From Thermodesulfobacteriota bacterium (GTDB lineage Bacteria > Desulfobacterota > Desulfobacteria > Desulfobacterales > SURF-7): a stretch of DNA of 64,000 nucleotides. The notes under the pieces were generated by a model. That model ran no database searches. It was not told the origin of the DNA and was given only the letters and a program-made list of their open reading frames with translations. Each line of letters begins with the position of its first letter. Positions within the stretch are counted from its first letter, which is position 1. The position numbers were made by a program, and so were the translations under genes. Positions 1 to 13,168 of the stretch are shown piece by piece. The stretch lies in assembly GCA_049320885.1 (NCBI GenBank), contig JBMORA010000009.1, forward strand, positions 128,001 to 192,000, in the 5' to 3' direction.

Positions 1-247
1 TTGCGAAGGTGTCATCATTGTGATACCGCACGGTGACCCAGTCGCCGACACATGGCAGCTCGACCGGCGACTCAACATGGAAATGGAATTTTCCCGCCAG
101 TTCGGCGGGAATCTCTTTGTGTTCATTCCGGATCATGTAGGAATTGCGGTCGACCGCCGATACGCGTGCAATGCCTTGATCCTCGTGGCGGATGGCATCG
201 GCTCGGGCTTCAAACCAGTGGTCAAATCCGAGATCATTCAATTTCAT
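1..247 (-). CDS. rsgA: Ribosome small subunit-dependent GTPase A, 5' part (runs off the window edge)
   Basis: Not in the ORF track. Manual translation from ATG at 247 gives MKLNDLGFDHWFE...IARVSAVDRNSYMIRNE..EIPAELAGKF...LPCVGDWVTV, open to the edge; this matches the RsgA N-terminal OB-fold (P-x-VGDWV). Confidence 0.8.
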   Translation of the reverse strand, partial: MKLNDLGFDHWFEARADAIRHEDQGIARVSAVDRNSYMIRNEHKEIPAELAGKFHFHVESPVELPCVGDWVTVRYHNDDTFA

Positions 248-289
248 GATCATTTGATTTCGAAAATCGGGACTCAAGTTGGAAAATAC

Positions 290-323
290 AAAAAGGCCCG
301 GAGGTTGATTTTCTCCGGGCCCT
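290..323 (-). terminator. Probable intrinsic terminator of the tRNA-Val/Asp transcript
   Basis: Inverted repeat GGCCCGGAG(295-303)/CTCCGGGCC(313-321) followed on the minus strand by a T-run (290-294), just downstream of tRNA-Asp. Confidence 0.75.
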
Positions 324-334
324 TGATGGTATGT

Positions 335-411
<77 letters not shown>

Positions 412-456
412 GCATGGGAATGCCGCCGAAACAGGAAAACGGCAGCATCTGAAACA

Positions 457-532
457 TGGTAGGCGGAACAGGGATTGAACCTGTGACCCTCGGCTTGTAA
501 GGCCGATGCTCTCCCAGCTGAGCTACCCGCCC
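457..532 (-). tRNA. tRNA-Val (TAC)
   Basis: Reverse complement GGGCGGGTAGCTCAGCTGGGAGAGCATCGGCCT-TAC-AAGCCGAGGGTCACAGGTTCAATCCCTGTTCCGCCTACCA. Confidence 0.97.
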
Positions 533-574
533 GCACAGTTGAACCCACCCTGTGTCCATCCAAAACGATTGCAA

Positions 575-603
575 CCTCTACCAGGTAACCCCGGTGATGT
601 CAA
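575..603 (-). promoter_or_regulatory. Possible sigma70 promoter for tRNA-Val/Asp
   Basis: Minus strand TTGACA-17 nt-TAGAGG about 40 nt upstream of tRNA-Val; perfect -35, weak -10. Confidence 0.4.
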
Positions 604-618
604 GCGAAAAGAAGCAAT

Positions 619-3048
619 TTAATTTTCGGCTCCGGCCTTTTCAAACATGAATTCAAACGGGTTGCCCACCTCCTGGAAAAGGGTTTCCCCTTCCTTCAGG
701 ATCAGGGCATGTTCCAGCACCTCATCCATGTGTTCCACCGTGATAATTTTGATCTGTTTGGAAATGGCCGTCGGAATTTCCTTCAGATCCTTTTCATTTT
801 CCTTGGGAATCAGGACGGTTTTAATTTCCCCGCGATGGGCCGCCAGTATTTTTTCCTTGAGCCCGCCGATGGGCAGCACCCTGCCGCGCAGGGTGATCTC
901 CCCGGTCATGGCCACATCCCGCCGGACGGTCCGTTGGGTCAAGGCGGAAACGATGGCGGTGCACATGGAGATACCCGCCGAGGGGCCATCCTTGGGGATC
1001 GCCCCTTCGGGAACATGGATGTGGATATCGCACTGTTTATGGAATTCATGGTGGATGCCCAGGCGCTGGGCCCTGGAGCGCACATAGCTGACTGCCGCCC
1101 GGGCCGATTCCTTCATGACATCCCCCAGTTTTCCGGTGATGATCAGCTCCCCCTTGCCGGGCATGATGACGGTTTCGACCGTCAACAGATCCCCGCCCAC
1201 CTGGGTCCAGGCCAGACCGGTAACCAGACCGACCTGATCCTTCTCTTCCACCTGGCCGTGGCGGAATTTCGGCGGGCCCAGGTATTTGTTGATGGAGCCG
1301 GAGGTCACGCGGAATGCCCCCGCTTCGCCTTTTTTCACCATCACCTCCCGGGCGAGTTTGCGGCAGATGGCAGAAATCTCCCGCTCCAGATTGCGCACAC
1401 CGGCTTCGCGGGTATATTGCTGGATGATGGTGAAAACGGCGTTTTTGGAGAATTCCACCTCCTGTTTTTCCAGGCCGTTGGTCTGGATTTGTTTGGGAAC
1501 CAGAAACTCCTTGGCAATGTTGTATTTCTCGTATTCCGTGTACCCGGGAATGCGGATGATTTCCATCCGATCCTGCAACGGCAGGGGGATATCCGGCAGG
1601 GTGTTGGCCGTGGTGATGAAAAGAATGTCGGACAGGTCGTAATCCAGATCCAGATAGTGGTCATTGAAATTGTTGTTCTGCTCCGGATCCAGGACCTCCA
1701 GCAAGGCGGCGGAAGGGTCGCCCCGGAAATCCATGCTCATCTTGTCCACTTCGTCCAGGCAGAAAACCGGGTTGTTGACCCCGGCCTTTTTCAGCGACTG
1801 GATGATCTTGCCCGGCAAGGCGCCGATGTAGGTCCGGCGGTGCCCCCGGATTTCGGCTTCATCGCGAACGCCGCCCAGGGAAAGGCGGACGAATTTTCTT
1901 CCGGTGGCCCGGGCCACGGAGCGGGCCAGGGATGTCTTGCCGACGCCCGGAGGCCCGACAAAACATAGAATCGGGCCGCGGATTTTATTCACCAGGGATT
2001 GAACCGCCAGATATTCCAGGATGCGCTCCTTGGGCTTTTCCAGGCCGTAATGATCCTGGTTGAGGATTTCCTCGGCCTTTTGAATATCCTGGTGGATTTT
2101 ACTTTTTTCGAACCAGGGCAGGCTGATGATCCAGTCGATATAATTCCGCACCACGGTGGCTTCGGCCGACATGGGGGTCATCATTTTCAGCTTTTTGAAT
2201 TCATGGCGGACCTTGGTGGTGGCCTCCTTGGACATGCGTTTGCGTTTGATGCGCTTTTCCAGCTCTTTCAGCTCGTCAGCCTGGCCTTCGTCGGCTCCCA
2301 TCTCCTTTTTGATGGCCCGCATCTGTTCGCTGAGGTAATAATTCTTCTGGGTTTTCTCCATCTGGGTCTTGACGCGGCCCTTGATCCGCTGTTCGACGTT
2401 GTAAATCTCAATTTCCGCCTTGATCAGCTGCAGCAGGGTCGAAAGCCGGTTGCCGATGGAGACGTCCTCCAGCAACCGCTGTTTGTCCTGAATTTTGAAG
2501 GAAAAATGGGCGGCGATGGTGTCCGCCAGCTGGGACAGGTCGGAAATGGACGCCGCGTTGGAAATCAAGTCCTTGGAGATGCTTTTGTTGACATTGGCGT
2601 ATTCCTCGAAGCTTTTGAGGATGGCCCGTTTGAGGGCTTCGCCTTCCGCTTCCGATACCGTGGTTTCCGGAATGGAAGCAAGTTCGACCTGAAAGAATTG
2701 CTCGGCGGAAACATACCGGGCGATGCGGGCCCGGACCTTCCCTTCCACCAGGGCCTTGACGGTGCCGTCCGGAAGACGCAGCAGCTGCAGCACGTTTCCG
2801 ATGGTGCCGACTTTGTAGATATCTTTTTCCGTCGGATTGTCGATGTTGGCCTTGTTCTGGGTGGCCAGAAAAACACTTTTATCCCGGTTCATGGCATCGG
2901 TAAGCGCGTTGACCGATTTGGTCCTGCCCACAAAAAGGGGGGCGACCATATGCGGGAACACGACAATATCCCGCAGGGGAAGCAGGGGAAGCGTGATATG
3001 GGTCTCGTCGTGGTCGTCCTGTTTGAACAATTTGGGTATGTTGATCAT
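619..3048 (-). CDS. lon: ATP-dependent protease La (Lon), copy 1
   Basis: LPLLPLRD N-domain, Walker A GPPGVGKT, catalytic KDGPSAG and GGLKEK; follows clpX. Start placed at MINIPK (3048). Confidence 0.97.
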   Translation of the reverse strand: MINIPKLFKQDDHDETHITLPLLPLRDIVVFPHMVAPLFVGRTKSVNALTDAMNRDKSVFLATQNKANIDNPTEKDIYKVGTIGNVLQLLRLPDGTVKALVEGKVRARIARYVSAEQFFQVELASIPETTVSEAEGEALKRAILKSFEEYANVNKSISKDLISNAASISDLSQLADTIAAHFSFKIQDKQRLLEDVSIGNRLSTLLQLIKAEIEIYNVEQRIKGRVKTQMEKTQKNYYLSEQMRAIKKEMGADEGQADELKELEKRIKRKRMSKEATTKVRHEFKKLKMMTPMSAEATVVRNYIDWIISLPWFEKSKIHQDIQKAEEILNQDHYGLEKPKERILEYLAVQSLVNKIRGPILCFVGPPGVGKTSLARSVARATGRKFVRLSLGGVRDEAEIRGHRRTYIGALPGKIIQSLKKAGVNNPVFCLDEVDKMSMDFRGDPSAALLEVLDPEQNNNFNDHYLDLDYDLSDILFITTANTLPDIPLPLQDRMEIIRIPGYTEYEKYNIAKEFLVPKQIQTNGLEKQEVEFSKNAVFTIIQQYTREAGVRNLEREISAICRKLAREVMVKKGEAGAFRVTSGSINKYLGPPKFRHGQVEEKDQVGLVTGLAWTQVGGDLLTVETVIMPGKGELIITGKLGDVMKESARAAVSYVRSRAQRLGIHHEFHKQCDIHIHVPEGAIPKDGPSAGISMCTAIVSALTQRTVRRDVAMTGEITLRGRVLPIGGLKEKILAAHRGEIKTVLIPKENEKDLKEIPTAISKQIKIITVEHMDEVLEHALILKEGETLFQEVGNPFEFMFEKAGAEN

Positions 3049-3169
3049 AGCTGGCTCGATGTTTCCGCTCGGATGATTCCGGCTTTGAAGGGGGATTGGG
3101 GCGCGCCAAGTGTTCCACATCCCCATGCAACGTATGGTTCAGGGTGACCTGCCGAATTGGTTGCTGCGT

Positions 3170-4413
<1,244 letters not shown>

Positions 4414-4414
<1 letters not shown>

Positions 4415-5031
4415 TATTTGTCCTCCGCGCGTTCCAGTTTGTCCAAATCATCCCTATTGGTGATGACATGGTCGATGATGCCGAATTCCCTGGCTTCCTT
4501 CCCGGACATAAAAAAGTCCCTGTCCGTATCCACCTGAATCTGTTTGATGTCTCTTCCGGTATGAAAGGCCAGGATTTCGTTCAGCTTGTCCTTCATCCGG
4601 AGTATTTCCTTGGCCTGAATGGCGATATCGGATGCCTGGCCCTGGGCGCCGCCCATGGGCTGATGAACCATGATGCGTGAATTCGGCAGCGAGTAGCGTT
4701 TGCCTTTTTTCCCGGCGGCCAGCAGGAGCGCCGCCATGCTGGCTGCCTGTCCGATGCAAACGGTGGTGATATCCGGTTTGATGTATTGCATGGTGTCATA
4801 GATCGCCATGCCCGCCGTCACAATACCGCCGGGGCTGTTGATATAAAAGTTGATATCCTTGTCCGGATCCTCGGATTCCAGAAAAAGAAGCTGGGCGATG
4901 AGCAGATTGGCGATTTCATCCGTGATGGCGGTGCCGACAAAAAGAATTCTGTCTTTCAGAAGCCGGGAGTAAATATCGTATGCACGCTCTCCCTTGCTGG
5001 TTTGCTCAATTACCATGGGTATCAATGGCAC
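4414..5031 (-). CDS. clpP: ATP-dependent Clp protease proteolytic subunit ClpP
   Basis: [25 protein letters not shown] (Ser), MVHQP (His), DRD; GTG start. Confidence 0.98.
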
Positions 5032-5043
5032 GTTGCTCTCTCC

Positions 5044-6369
5044 TTATTGTTCGGATGTTGCGGCGTCGCTTTTTTCCGGTTCAATTTCTTCGACCGTACT
5101 GTTTTCTATGATAAGCCTGATTGCCTTTTTTTCAAGTAGCGTGTGGGTAAAAAGCTCAAGCCTGTCCTGATGTTCCTGATAGTATTGCCGGATGGTTTCC
5201 AGCGGCTGGCGGAAGGTTTCGGCCATCTCCTGAAAACCGGCTTCTTTTTCCTCGTCGGACAGGACCATTTTCTCCTGTTCGACAATGGCCCCCAGGATCA
5301 GGTGGCGCCGCACCTGCTTTTCGGCGGTGCCCCGATAGCGTTCCGACAGCTTGGCTCTGTCCTGCCCGATCTGCTCCAGGGTGACGTTGCTGGCGGCGAG
5401 GGCCCTTTCCGTTTCTTCCAGAATACCGTCGAGTTCATATTGAATCAATGAATCCGGCACCTCGAAATCGGTTTTGGCGATCAGGGCTTCGAAGATCTGC
5501 TCATTCAATTCCTGCTCAACCCGTTTTTCATACCCCTGCCGCAGATTATCGGTGATTTTATCCCGTAATGCAACCAGCGATTCAAAATTTCCCATTTTTT
5601 TGGCAAAATCGTCGTCGATATTCGGCAGAACCTCCTCGCGGACTTCTTTCAGGGTCACCTGGAACTGGATGGTCCGGCCGGCAAGTTGTTTGTTCTGGTG
5701 GTCTTCCGGAAAATGGATATCGAACCGTTTTTCTTCCAAGGGATGCATGCCGATCAGTTGCCGGTCGAAATCCGCCGCGATGGCCCCTCTGCCGACCTTG
5801 AGATTGAAATTTTCGGTTTTCTGGGTTTCCTGATAGGGGTTGCCTTCATGGAACCCTTCGTAATCTATAATGATATAATCACCGTCGCGTACGGCCCGGG
5901 TTTCCTCGATCGGCTTGAGTTTCGCCATGTTCTTGCGGAGCATTTCAATCTGGGCGTCCACTTCCTGATCCGAAACCTGATAGCGGGACTTTTTCAATGT
6001 CAACCCCTTGAAATCAATAGCGCTGATTTCAGGACGGATTTCGATGGCGGCCTGATAGCGATAGGGTTCGCCGGCGGTGAGAATCGTCGGATCGATCTTC
6101 GGTTCTCCCACGAGCGCCAGGCTGTTCTCCTTGATGGCGGTAAAGAAGGATTCCTGGATGAGTTTGGATGTCACATCGGAATGCACATCCTTTTTAAACA
6201 TCCGCTCCAAAACCGACCGGGGGGTTTTCCCGGGCCTGAAGCCTTTGATTTTGGCTGTTTTTTGCAGCTGTTTGTAAGCGGCGTCGATTTCTTCGCTGAC
6301 CCGCTGCGCCGGGATTTCGATATGCAGGTTTTTTTTCACGCTGGTTTGATTTTCGACCCTTACTTGCAT
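5044..6369 (-). CDS. tig: Trigger factor
   Basis: GFRPGK ribosome-binding signature, FKBP-like central domain, position upstream of clpP. Start at MQVRVE. Confidence 0.95.
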   Translation of the reverse strand: MQVRVENQTSVKKNLHIEIPAQRVSEEIDAAYKQLQKTAKIKGFRPGKTPRSVLERMFKKDVHSDVTSKLIQESFFTAIKENSLALVGEPKIDPTILTAGEPYRYQAAIEIRPEISAIDFKGLTLKKSRYQVSDQEVDAQIEMLRKNMAKLKPIEETRAVRDGDYIIIDYEGFHEGNPYQETQKTENFNLKVGRGAIAADFDRQLIGMHPLEEKRFDIHFPEDHQNKQLAGRTIQFQVTLKEVREEVLPNIDDDFAKKMGNFESLVALRDKITDNLRQGYEKRVEQELNEQIFEALIAKTDFEVPDSLIQYELDGILEETERALAASNVTLEQIGQDRAKLSERYRGTAEKQVRRHLILGAIVEQEKMVLSDEEKEAGFQEMAETFRQPLETIRQYYQEHQDRLELFTHTLLEKKAIRLIIENSTVEEIEPEKSDAATSEQ

Positions 6370-6488
6370 CACATTCCTCTCCAACTGGTGAAACTGCCGT
6401 GAACGGAATTCCATTCATCGGCATTTTCCTGATCTAACTGAATTAGATCCGATGATTAGACCTTCGATGAGACCTAAATGATTAATGA

Positions 6489-6575
6489 TGGTGCGAGAGG
6501 GGAGACTTGAACTCCCACTCTGTCTCCAGAGCTGGATCCTAAGTCCAGTGCGTCTACCAATTCCGCCACTCTCGC
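6489..6575 (-). tRNA. tRNA-Leu (TAG)
   Basis: Reverse complement GCGAGAGTGGCGGAATTGGTAGACGCACTGGACT-TAG-GATCCAG, long variable arm, ...CTCTCGCACCA; the usual position upstream of tig. Confidence 0.96.
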
Positions 6576-6713
6576 ATCGCTCGTCGCACTCTTTGTTGTT
6601 TTGCTTCCCATGACAGGCGGTATCATTTTCCGTTCTTGACTTTTATGTAAAAAAATTCTTTTAATTATAAAGCTACAATAAATAGTACCGATCCCCACAG
6701 GTGTCAAGCGAAA

Positions 6714-7487
6714 TTGGAAAAGCGCCATCCTTTTGGAAACAGGAGCCAGATCTGGCCTAGCCTATTGAAAATCAGCGGGATTGTTCTGCCGCTGTTGATC
6801 TGCTGCGGGGTTTCATCCGCCCGGATCGATCATCCCCGGTTTCATCGGAAAATTGCACCGATTGTCATTATCGATCCAGGACACGGCGGGTACGATACCG
6901 GCAGTCGGGGCTCCGCGGGAACGTTGGAAAAGGAGGTCACCCTGGCATTGGCGCAGTTACTGGTCGCGGAGCTCAAGAACCGGTATCAGGTGATTCTGAC
7001 ACGTTCGGACGATTACTGGCTGGATCTCAACAGCCGCGCGGCCGAAGCCAACTATCAGGGAGGCGATCTGTTTTTAAGTCTGCATGCATCCGCCGGATTC
7101 GGCTTCACCGTAAAAGACCTGACGGTCAGCTATTATCAGACCGCATCCGGCAACGAGGCCCATCCGCCGGGAGACGGTGAGCCGCCGGTTGACACCAACG
7201 ACCCGCCCACCTGGGAAAACACCCAGCGCGCCCATTATCCGGAAAGCAAATCCCTGGGCATGGCTCTTCAGGAAAGTCTCGGCCGGATAGCCGGGGGGGC
7301 TGCCGTGAGGCTCCAGGGGCTGCCGCTGGCTATCCTCGCCGGTGTCGATATGCCGGCGGTCATTCTGGAAATCGCTTATCTGACCAATCCGGCCGAGGAA
7401 CTCAAGCTGATAGACGAACGCCATGCGGCCGCGCTGGCCCAGGCCATCGGCCAGGGGATCGATGCCTATTTTTCCAAAAAGCGGTAA
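6714..7487 (+). CDS. N-acetylmuramoyl-L-alanine amidase (Amidase_3 family)
   Basis: IIDPGHGG, LEKEVTL, LSLHA and ILEIAYLTN zinc/catalytic motifs; N-terminal hydrophobic segment. Confidence 0.9.
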   Translation: MEKRHPFGNRSQIWPSLLKISGIVLPLLICCGVSSARIDHPRFHRKIAPIVIIDPGHGGYDTGSRGSAGTLEKEVTLALAQLLVAELKNRYQVILTRSDDYWLDLNSRAAEANYQGGDLFLSLHASAGFGFTVKDLTVSYYQTASGNEAHPPGDGEPPVDTNDPPTWENTQRAHYPESKSLGMALQESLGRIAGGAAVRLQGLPLAILAGVDMPAVILEIAYLTNPAEELKLIDERHAAALAQAIGQGIDAYFSKKR

Positions 7488-7541
7488 CGGTCTTTATGGG
7501 CTTGCGAAAAGGGCTAATGCGTGATAGGAAAGGCCCAAAAT

Positions 7542-7619
<78 letters not shown>

Positions 7620-7737
7620 CAACGCCAAGGCGTTGCAGGCGATCCGCAAGACTTTTTCCGGGGACCCCGGATTTTCCCCCAGGACGGCCAGCCGAGGGCA
7701 TCAGAAGTCGAAGCCGCCGTTTAGATGGAGGCTTTCG

Positions 7738-8787
7738 TCAATTCCGCCCTTCTTCGATCCACTGCATCATCAGGTTGTAGCCCACCGACAGAACGATGGC
7801 CCCGGTGAACAGCCCGATCAGGCCGGAGAAGATCATCCCACCGATGGCGCCGAGGAAGATGACCAGCATGGGCACTTGGGAACCTTTTCCCATCAGCAGC
7901 GGTTTCAGTACATTGTCCGAGAGACCGATGATAACCAGCGCGAGTGTCCATAAAATAGCGGGCAGCAGCTCATTTGCCGAAAAGAGATAAATGATGGCGG
8001 GCAGCATTACAAGGAAGGAAGGCAATTGGATAATGGCCAAAAACATGACAGCAAAGGCCCAGAGTCCTGGAAAGGGAACATCCGCCAACACGAAAACCGT
8101 ACCGGCTGCAAGAAACTGAAAGAAGGCAACCCCGAGGATGCCCTTGGCGACATTTTTGACGGTCGCCCCGGCGACGGGGAGCATCTCCTCGCTGCGCTTT
8201 CCGGCGAGACGCTGGAGCAGTTTCCGCATAAAAGCCGCCGAAGTATCGGCCTTCGCAAGGAAGATGCCGGCAATGATCACCGCGACAAGAAACATGAAAA
8301 CGCCCCTGCCGAAACCGCCCAGCGGGGCGATAATATTCCTGCCCAGTTTCGACAGGGGTTCCCGGTAGGTAGTGATAACCGAACCCAGGCTCTCGGAGGC
8401 GCGCAACCATATTTCCGAAACGGGTTTCCCGATCAGGGGCCACCCGGCCACGGAGGGGTCGGGGGGAGGAATCACAATGGCATGGTCCCTGAACTGGATA
8501 ACGAGGTTTTGTATCCCCTCCAGCAGCGATTTGATGAGAAAGGCGGTCGGCAGCAGGAGGATGGCGAGGATCAGCAGGGTCAACAGAATGGCCACCAGGG
8601 TATTCCGGTTTCCCAGCCACGGTTTTACCTTCGTAAAGAGAGGGTGGAGGGTGACGGCAATAATGGCTCCCCAGATCACGGGTTCGAGAAAGGGGAGGAT
8701 GATCCCGATACACCAGGCGATGAGCGCGAAAAGGACAACGATCCGTAAAATGGTGTCGATCAAAGGGGTGTTAGCGGTTTGGTTCAT
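7738..8787 (-). CDS. AI-2E family (PerM/YdiK-like) transporter
   Basis: About 350 aa, multi-TM; PFLEPVIWG, DNVLKP and GAIGG...GLIGLFTG motifs. Start at MNQTAN after a GGAGAAGG SD. Confidence 0.88.
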   Translation of the reverse strand: MNQTANTPLIDTILRIVVLFALIAWCIGIILPFLEPVIWGAIIAVTLHPLFTKVKPWLGNRNTLVAILLTLLILAILLLPTAFLIKSLLEGIQNLVIQFRDHAIVIPPPDPSVAGWPLIGKPVSEIWLRASESLGSVITTYREPLSKLGRNIIAPLGGFGRGVFMFLVAVIIAGIFLAKADTSAAFMRKLLQRLAGKRSEEMLPVAGATVKNVAKGILGVAFFQFLAAGTVFVLADVPFPGLWAFAVMFLAIIQLPSFLVMLPAIIYLFSANELLPAILWTLALVIIGLSDNVLKPLLMGKGSQVPMLVIFLGAIGGMIFSGLIGLFTGAIVLSVGYNLMMQWIEEGRN

Positions 8788-9144
8788 ATGCGCACCTTCT
8801 CCTTTACCGGAAAACAGTGCGTCAATGGATATGGGCCGCCGCTTTTTCCATGATTGCATCTGTTTTTGATTTATGGTAAATAAGGCCATTCCTCTATACT
8901 TCATCATTACCTGTGCTGTCACTAAAAAACAATCGAGCTGAAACCGGAACCGTGGATTATCGGTTTGATGATATGTCCGACATCCACAATAAAGCTTGAT
9001 AACAGTGGAAATCCGGGAATCTGACGTTTTCAATCGGGTTCCGCTGCCGTTGCCGTCAAAAAAAACCTATTCAAACCAACCCTTCACATGGCGTCCGGTT
9101 GTCCGAAATTCAAGGATAGAAGTCGAAGAAAAAGGAGAGACAGG

Positions 9145-11700
9145 ATGATTTCATTTGCCAATTTAAAAGTCGGAACCAAATTGCTGATCAGCTTCTCCAC
9201 CATGATCGTCCTGATGGCGCTGATCGGGTTTTCAGGCTATCTGAGCATGAAGGAAATTCAGAACCAGTTGAACGCCATCTTTACCGTGCGCCTTCCCAGC
9301 ATCGATTATCTGATCGAGGCGGACAGGGATTTGCAACAGCTCCTGGTGGCGGAACGCTCCATGATTTTTGTGGATGTGCAGACCGATGAGTTTAAAGGAC
9401 TTGTGGAGGAATATGAAACCAACCTGAAACAGTCAAGGGAGCGCTGGGAAAAATACAAGGCCCTGGCAACCTCGGCGGAGGAATCGGTGCTGATCCCCAA
9501 ATTCGAGGAAGCCAGGGGCAATTGGGAAAAGGTGTCCAGGAAAGTCGTGGACAGCCGCATTGCGGATACCCGGGACGGCAGGCGGGAAGCCATCGACCTG
9601 ACCAAAAGCGAGGCCAAAACCAAATTCGAGGAAATGCGGGATTTCATCGATCAGTTGACCGGCATCAATCTCGCGATCGCCAAGCAGGCGGACCAGTCGG
9701 CGAAGGCCAATTTTCAAAAGACCAGTATATTCCTGTTCACGGTCCTGCTCGTCGGAATTCTGATCGGCATCGGTTTCACCTGGATCATCAGCCGGGGCAT
9801 TTCCAGGCCGATCATCCAGGTGGTCAAATTCGCCGAATCGCTGCGAAGCGGAAATTTACGGGCCAACCTCGGAACAGACGCGTCGGGTCATAAAACCAAA
9901 GAGGGGGAAGCCCAACAAGCTAGGGTAACCCGAACCGACGAAATCGGAATCCTGCTATCCGCCATGGCCGGCATGCGCGACAGTCTGCGAAACAAGGCGG
10001 ATGTGGCTGAAAAAATCGCCGCCGGTGAATTGTCCACCCAGGTGGATATCTTGTCCGAAGAGGACATCCTTGGGAAAGCCCTTGCCGTGATGATCGCGAA
10101 TCTGAATCGGCTTTCCAATGACATCAATCAATTGTCGGAAGATATCCGCAACGGCAAATTGGAGGTCCGGGGGAAGAGCGATGAATTCCAGGGCGGCTGG
10201 CGGCATTTGGTGAACAATATCAATGAACTCATCGCGTCCTTTGTGGGTCCCATCAACATGACCTCGGAGTATATCAAGCGTATTTCCAACGGTGATATCC
10301 CGGAAAAAATCACCGCCGAATACAAGGGCGATTTTACGGTCATCAAGGAAAACCTGAATCAGTGCGTGGACATCATGCAGGGGCTGTTGAACGAAGTGAT
10401 CCTACTCATCGAAGCGGTCAACGACGGGGATCTGGATAAACGAGGGGATGCCAAAAAATTCTTCGGCGACTGGGGAACGCTGGTCACCGGCGTCAATGAT
10501 CTTATCCAGGCCTTTGTCAGGCCTTTCAACCTGACGGCTTCCTACATCGACCGAATTTCCAAAGGCGACATTCCCGAGGCGATCCAGGAAGAATACAAGG
10601 GCGGCTTCAATGAAATTAAAAACAATCTGAATACGTTGATTGAGGCCACCAACACCGTGGCCAATCTTTCCCAGGAGATTTCCAAGGGCAATCTCATCGT
10701 GAACGTGGAGAAACGGTCTGAAAAAGATCGGCTCATGGAGTCGCTGGACCGGATGGTGAAAGATCTGACGCAAATTGTTGTGGATGTGCAGACGGCGGCT
10801 GATCAGGTTAACAGCGGCAGCCAGCAGATCAGCTCCGCCGGACAGCAGATGTCCCAGGGAGCTACAGAACAATCCGCCGCCGTAGAGCAGGTATCGAGTT
10901 CCATGGAACAGATGAACAGCACGGTTCAAGGCAATGCCGACAATGCCCGCCAGACGGCCGTGATCGCCCAAAAGGCGGCCGGAGACGCCGAAACGGGCGG
11001 CCGGGCGGTGGCGGAGACGGTGGCGGCCATGAAAAATATTTCCGAAAAGATCAAAATCATAGAGGAAATTGCCCGCCAGACCAACATGCTGGCCCTGAAT
11101 GCCGCCATCGAGGCAGCCCGGGCCGGCGAACACGGCAAAGGGTTTGCGGTGGTGGCGGCGGAAGTCCGCAAGCTCGCCGAGCGGAGCCAGAAAGCCGCCC
11201 AGGAAATCAGCGAGTATTCCACTTCCAGTGTGGAAGTTTCGGAAAAGGCCGGCAGGCTGCTGGAGAGCATTGTGCCCAATATTCAAAAAACCTCCGAACT
11301 CATTCAGGAGATAAGCGCCGCCAGTTCCGAGCAGGCCAGCGGCATTCAGCAGGTCACCAGCGCCATCGATCAGCTGGATCAGATCATTCAACAGAACGCC
11401 TCCGCCACGGAGGAAATGGCGGCCACCGGCGAGGAACTTTCCGGCCAGGCCGAACGTCTCAAGGAGATCATTTCGATTTTTCAGGTGGATGAGCAAAAAA
11501 TCTACACGGCCTCCCGGATCTCCGAATTTTCCGCAACCGGAAAGGGAGATCGACCCGAGCCGCTTCGCAGGCTCAAGGCTCCCAAGATCTTGGCGGCCCG
11601 ACGTGCCGTCGGACCGAAAACCGGCAAGGGAGTCGGCGAAAAGGTGGGGGTTGCCCTCCATCTGCAGGATGAGGAGGATGACGGTTTTGAGCGGTATTGA
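9145..11700 (+). CDS. Methyl-accepting chemotaxis protein (4HB sensor, multiple HAMP domains)
   Basis: TM-4HB-TM, repeated HAMP units, signalling hairpin [38 protein letters not shown]-terminal DGFERY; AGGAGA SD before 9145. Confidence 0.95.
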   Translation: MISFANLKVGTKLLISFSTMIVLMALIGFSGYLSMKEIQNQLNAIFTVRLPSIDYLIEADRDLQQLLVAERSMIFVDVQTDEFKGLVEEYETNLKQSRERWEKYKALATSAEESVLIPKFEEARGNWEKVSRKVVDSRIADTRDGRREAIDLTKSEAKTKFEEMRDFIDQLTGINLAIAKQADQSAKANFQKTSIFLFTVLLVGILIGIGFTWIISRGISRPIIQVVKFAESLRSGNLRANLGTDASGHKTKEGEAQQARVTRTDEIGILLSAMAGMRDSLRNKADVAEKIAAGELSTQVDILSEEDILGKALAVMIANLNRLSNDINQLSEDIRNGKLEVRGKSDEFQGGWRHLVNNINELIASFVGPINMTSEYIKRISNGDIPEKITAEYKGDFTVIKENLNQCVDIMQGLLNEVILLIEAVNDGDLDKRGDAKKFFGDWGTLVTGVNDLIQAFVRPFNLTASYIDRISKGDIPEAIQEEYKGGFNEIKNNLNTLIEATNTVANLSQEISKGNLIVNVEKRSEKDRLMESLDRMVKDLTQIVVDVQTAADQVNSGSQQISSAGQQMSQGATEQSAAVEQVSSSMEQMNSTVQGNADNARQTAVIAQKAAGDAETGGRAVAETVAAMKNISEKIKIIEEIARQTNMLALNAAIEAARAGEHGKGFAVVAAEVRKLAERSQKAAQEISEYSTSSVEVSEKAGRLLESIVPNIQKTSELIQEISAASSEQASGIQQVTSAIDQLDQIIQQNASATEEMAATGEELSGQAERLKEIISIFQVDEQKIYTASRISEFSATGKGDRPEPLRRLKAPKILAARRAVGPKTGKGVGEKVGVALHLQDEEDDGFERY

Positions 11701-11752
11701 TGGATTTCATATTCCGCAGGGAAAGCGCGATCATGGCTGAACCAAAGCGAAG

Positions 11753-12925
11753 TTACGGCTTTTCCTCATAGCCGAACCGTGGGTCCACCGCAAGAAAGCC
11801 GCCGAACAGCAGGCCGCCGAACAGCGCGACACCGGCGCTGAAAGCAAAAAGGCCGAAGGCCCCGATCCGGTCGAACAGATACCCGTTCACCACGAAGCCG
11901 ATGGTGATGCCGAGGCCATAGGTCACGGCGTTGTTGACGGCCTGGCCCACGGTTTTGGCTTCAGCCGGCACGATGCGGTCGATGTACAGAATGCTGGCGA
12001 CGTGAAAGGCGCCGTAGGTCAGGGCGTGGAGGGCCTGTGAGGCGAGAATCACCGCCGGCGAGCTGGCGAATGCGAGGATCAACCATCGCGCCACGGCTGC
12101 CGCGAAAGTGACCAGAAGGACTTTCTCGATGGAAAAGCGCCGGAAAATGGCCTCGGATTTGATCATTACGACGATTTCGGCCAGGGATGCCAGCCCCCAG
12201 GCAATGCCGACGAAGGTCTTGCCGTATCCCAGAGCCTCCAGATGGATCGAAAAGAATCCATAGTACATGCCGTGGCTGACCAGCATGATGAAGGCACAGA
12301 TCAGGAAGACGATCAGGCGGCCCTTCAGCAGACGCGGCGCCTCGGCGGCGGAGGGCAGGACGGCGGAGGGCGCCGAGCGGGGGATCCCGCAGGAAACCAC
12401 TGCCTGAAGCAGGGAACCCGCGAATATCAGCATGATCACGATATCGACGGAATAGAGATCGATGAGCCAGCCCACCAGCATCACGGCGGCGATGAAATGG
12501 ATCGACCCCCACATCCGGATACGGCCGTACCGGTTTCTTTCCGCACCCAGGATGTCCATGGTGAATGCCTCCAGAAAGGATATCAGGGGCGCATAAAAAA
12601 AACCGTAGACCAGACTGATCACCAGCATCCAGTGGAAATCGGAGGTTAAGAGGAACAATCCCCATGCCAGGGCGCTGATGAAATTGCAGCCGATGTATAT
12701 GGGCCTTCTGGTCTTGTAGCGATCCGCCAGGGCGCCCCAGAAAAGGGGAAACAAGACCGTGGCCACGGTCCTGATCGCCGACAGGATTCCGATTTCAAAT
12801 CCGCTGAATCGGAGGTGATGACAGTAGAGATTGAAATAGGGCAGAAAAATACCGAGAACGCCGAAATACAGGGAATACTGGCCCCCGAGGAACACGTACC
12901 GGTGCGGTGACTGGATTCGTTTCAT
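11753..12925 (-). CDS. MFS transporter (HcaT/MFS_1-like)
   Basis: About 12 hydrophobic segments, WGALADRY motif A, YGRIRMWGS. Start at MKRIQ (approximate). Confidence 0.85.
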   Translation of the reverse strand: MKRIQSPHRYVFLGGQYSLYFGVLGIFLPYFNLYCHHLRFSGFEIGILSAIRTVATVLFPLFWGALADRYKTRRPIYIGCNFISALAWGLFLLTSDFHWMLVISLVYGFFYAPLISFLEAFTMDILGAERNRYGRIRMWGSIHFIAAVMLVGWLIDLYSVDIVIMLIFAGSLLQAVVSCGIPRSAPSAVLPSAAEAPRLLKGRLIVFLICAFIMLVSHGMYYGFFSIHLEALGYGKTFVGIAWGLASLAEIVVMIKSEAIFRRFSIEKVLLVTFAAAVARWLILAFASSPAVILASQALHALTYGAFHVASILYIDRIVPAEAKTVGQAVNNAVTYGLGITIGFVVNGYLFDRIGAFGLFAFSAGVALFGGLLFGGFLAVDPRFGYEEKP

Positions 12926-13168
12926 TGGAAAAACAGGCCCATCCCCTTTACAAACCGGAGCGGGAATGCTAAATTCCCTCCGATTCGCCGTTCTGTTTGA
13001 AAAATACAAAATGGCATCGCTCACCGCGGAAATAGAAAGTCGTCGATTCAAGCGTTCCATTTAGCTTCTTCCCGATGCTTTTTCAACTGCTAATCGTGCG
13101 GATCAGAACCCGGTTTTGTTGTAACCTTGGCGCAGCAGGTTTCATCCCGACTCTCTAAGGAGCTGAAA

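Noticed and set aside
5026..5036. TGGCACGTTGC, similar to a sigma54 -24/-12 element
   Set aside because: The GG-GC spacing is wrong, and it lies antisense across the clpP start codon.
8788..9144. c-di-GMP riboswitch or sigma28 promoter upstream of the MCP
   Set aside because: No convincing GEMM architecture and no correctly spaced TAAA-N15-GCCGATAA.
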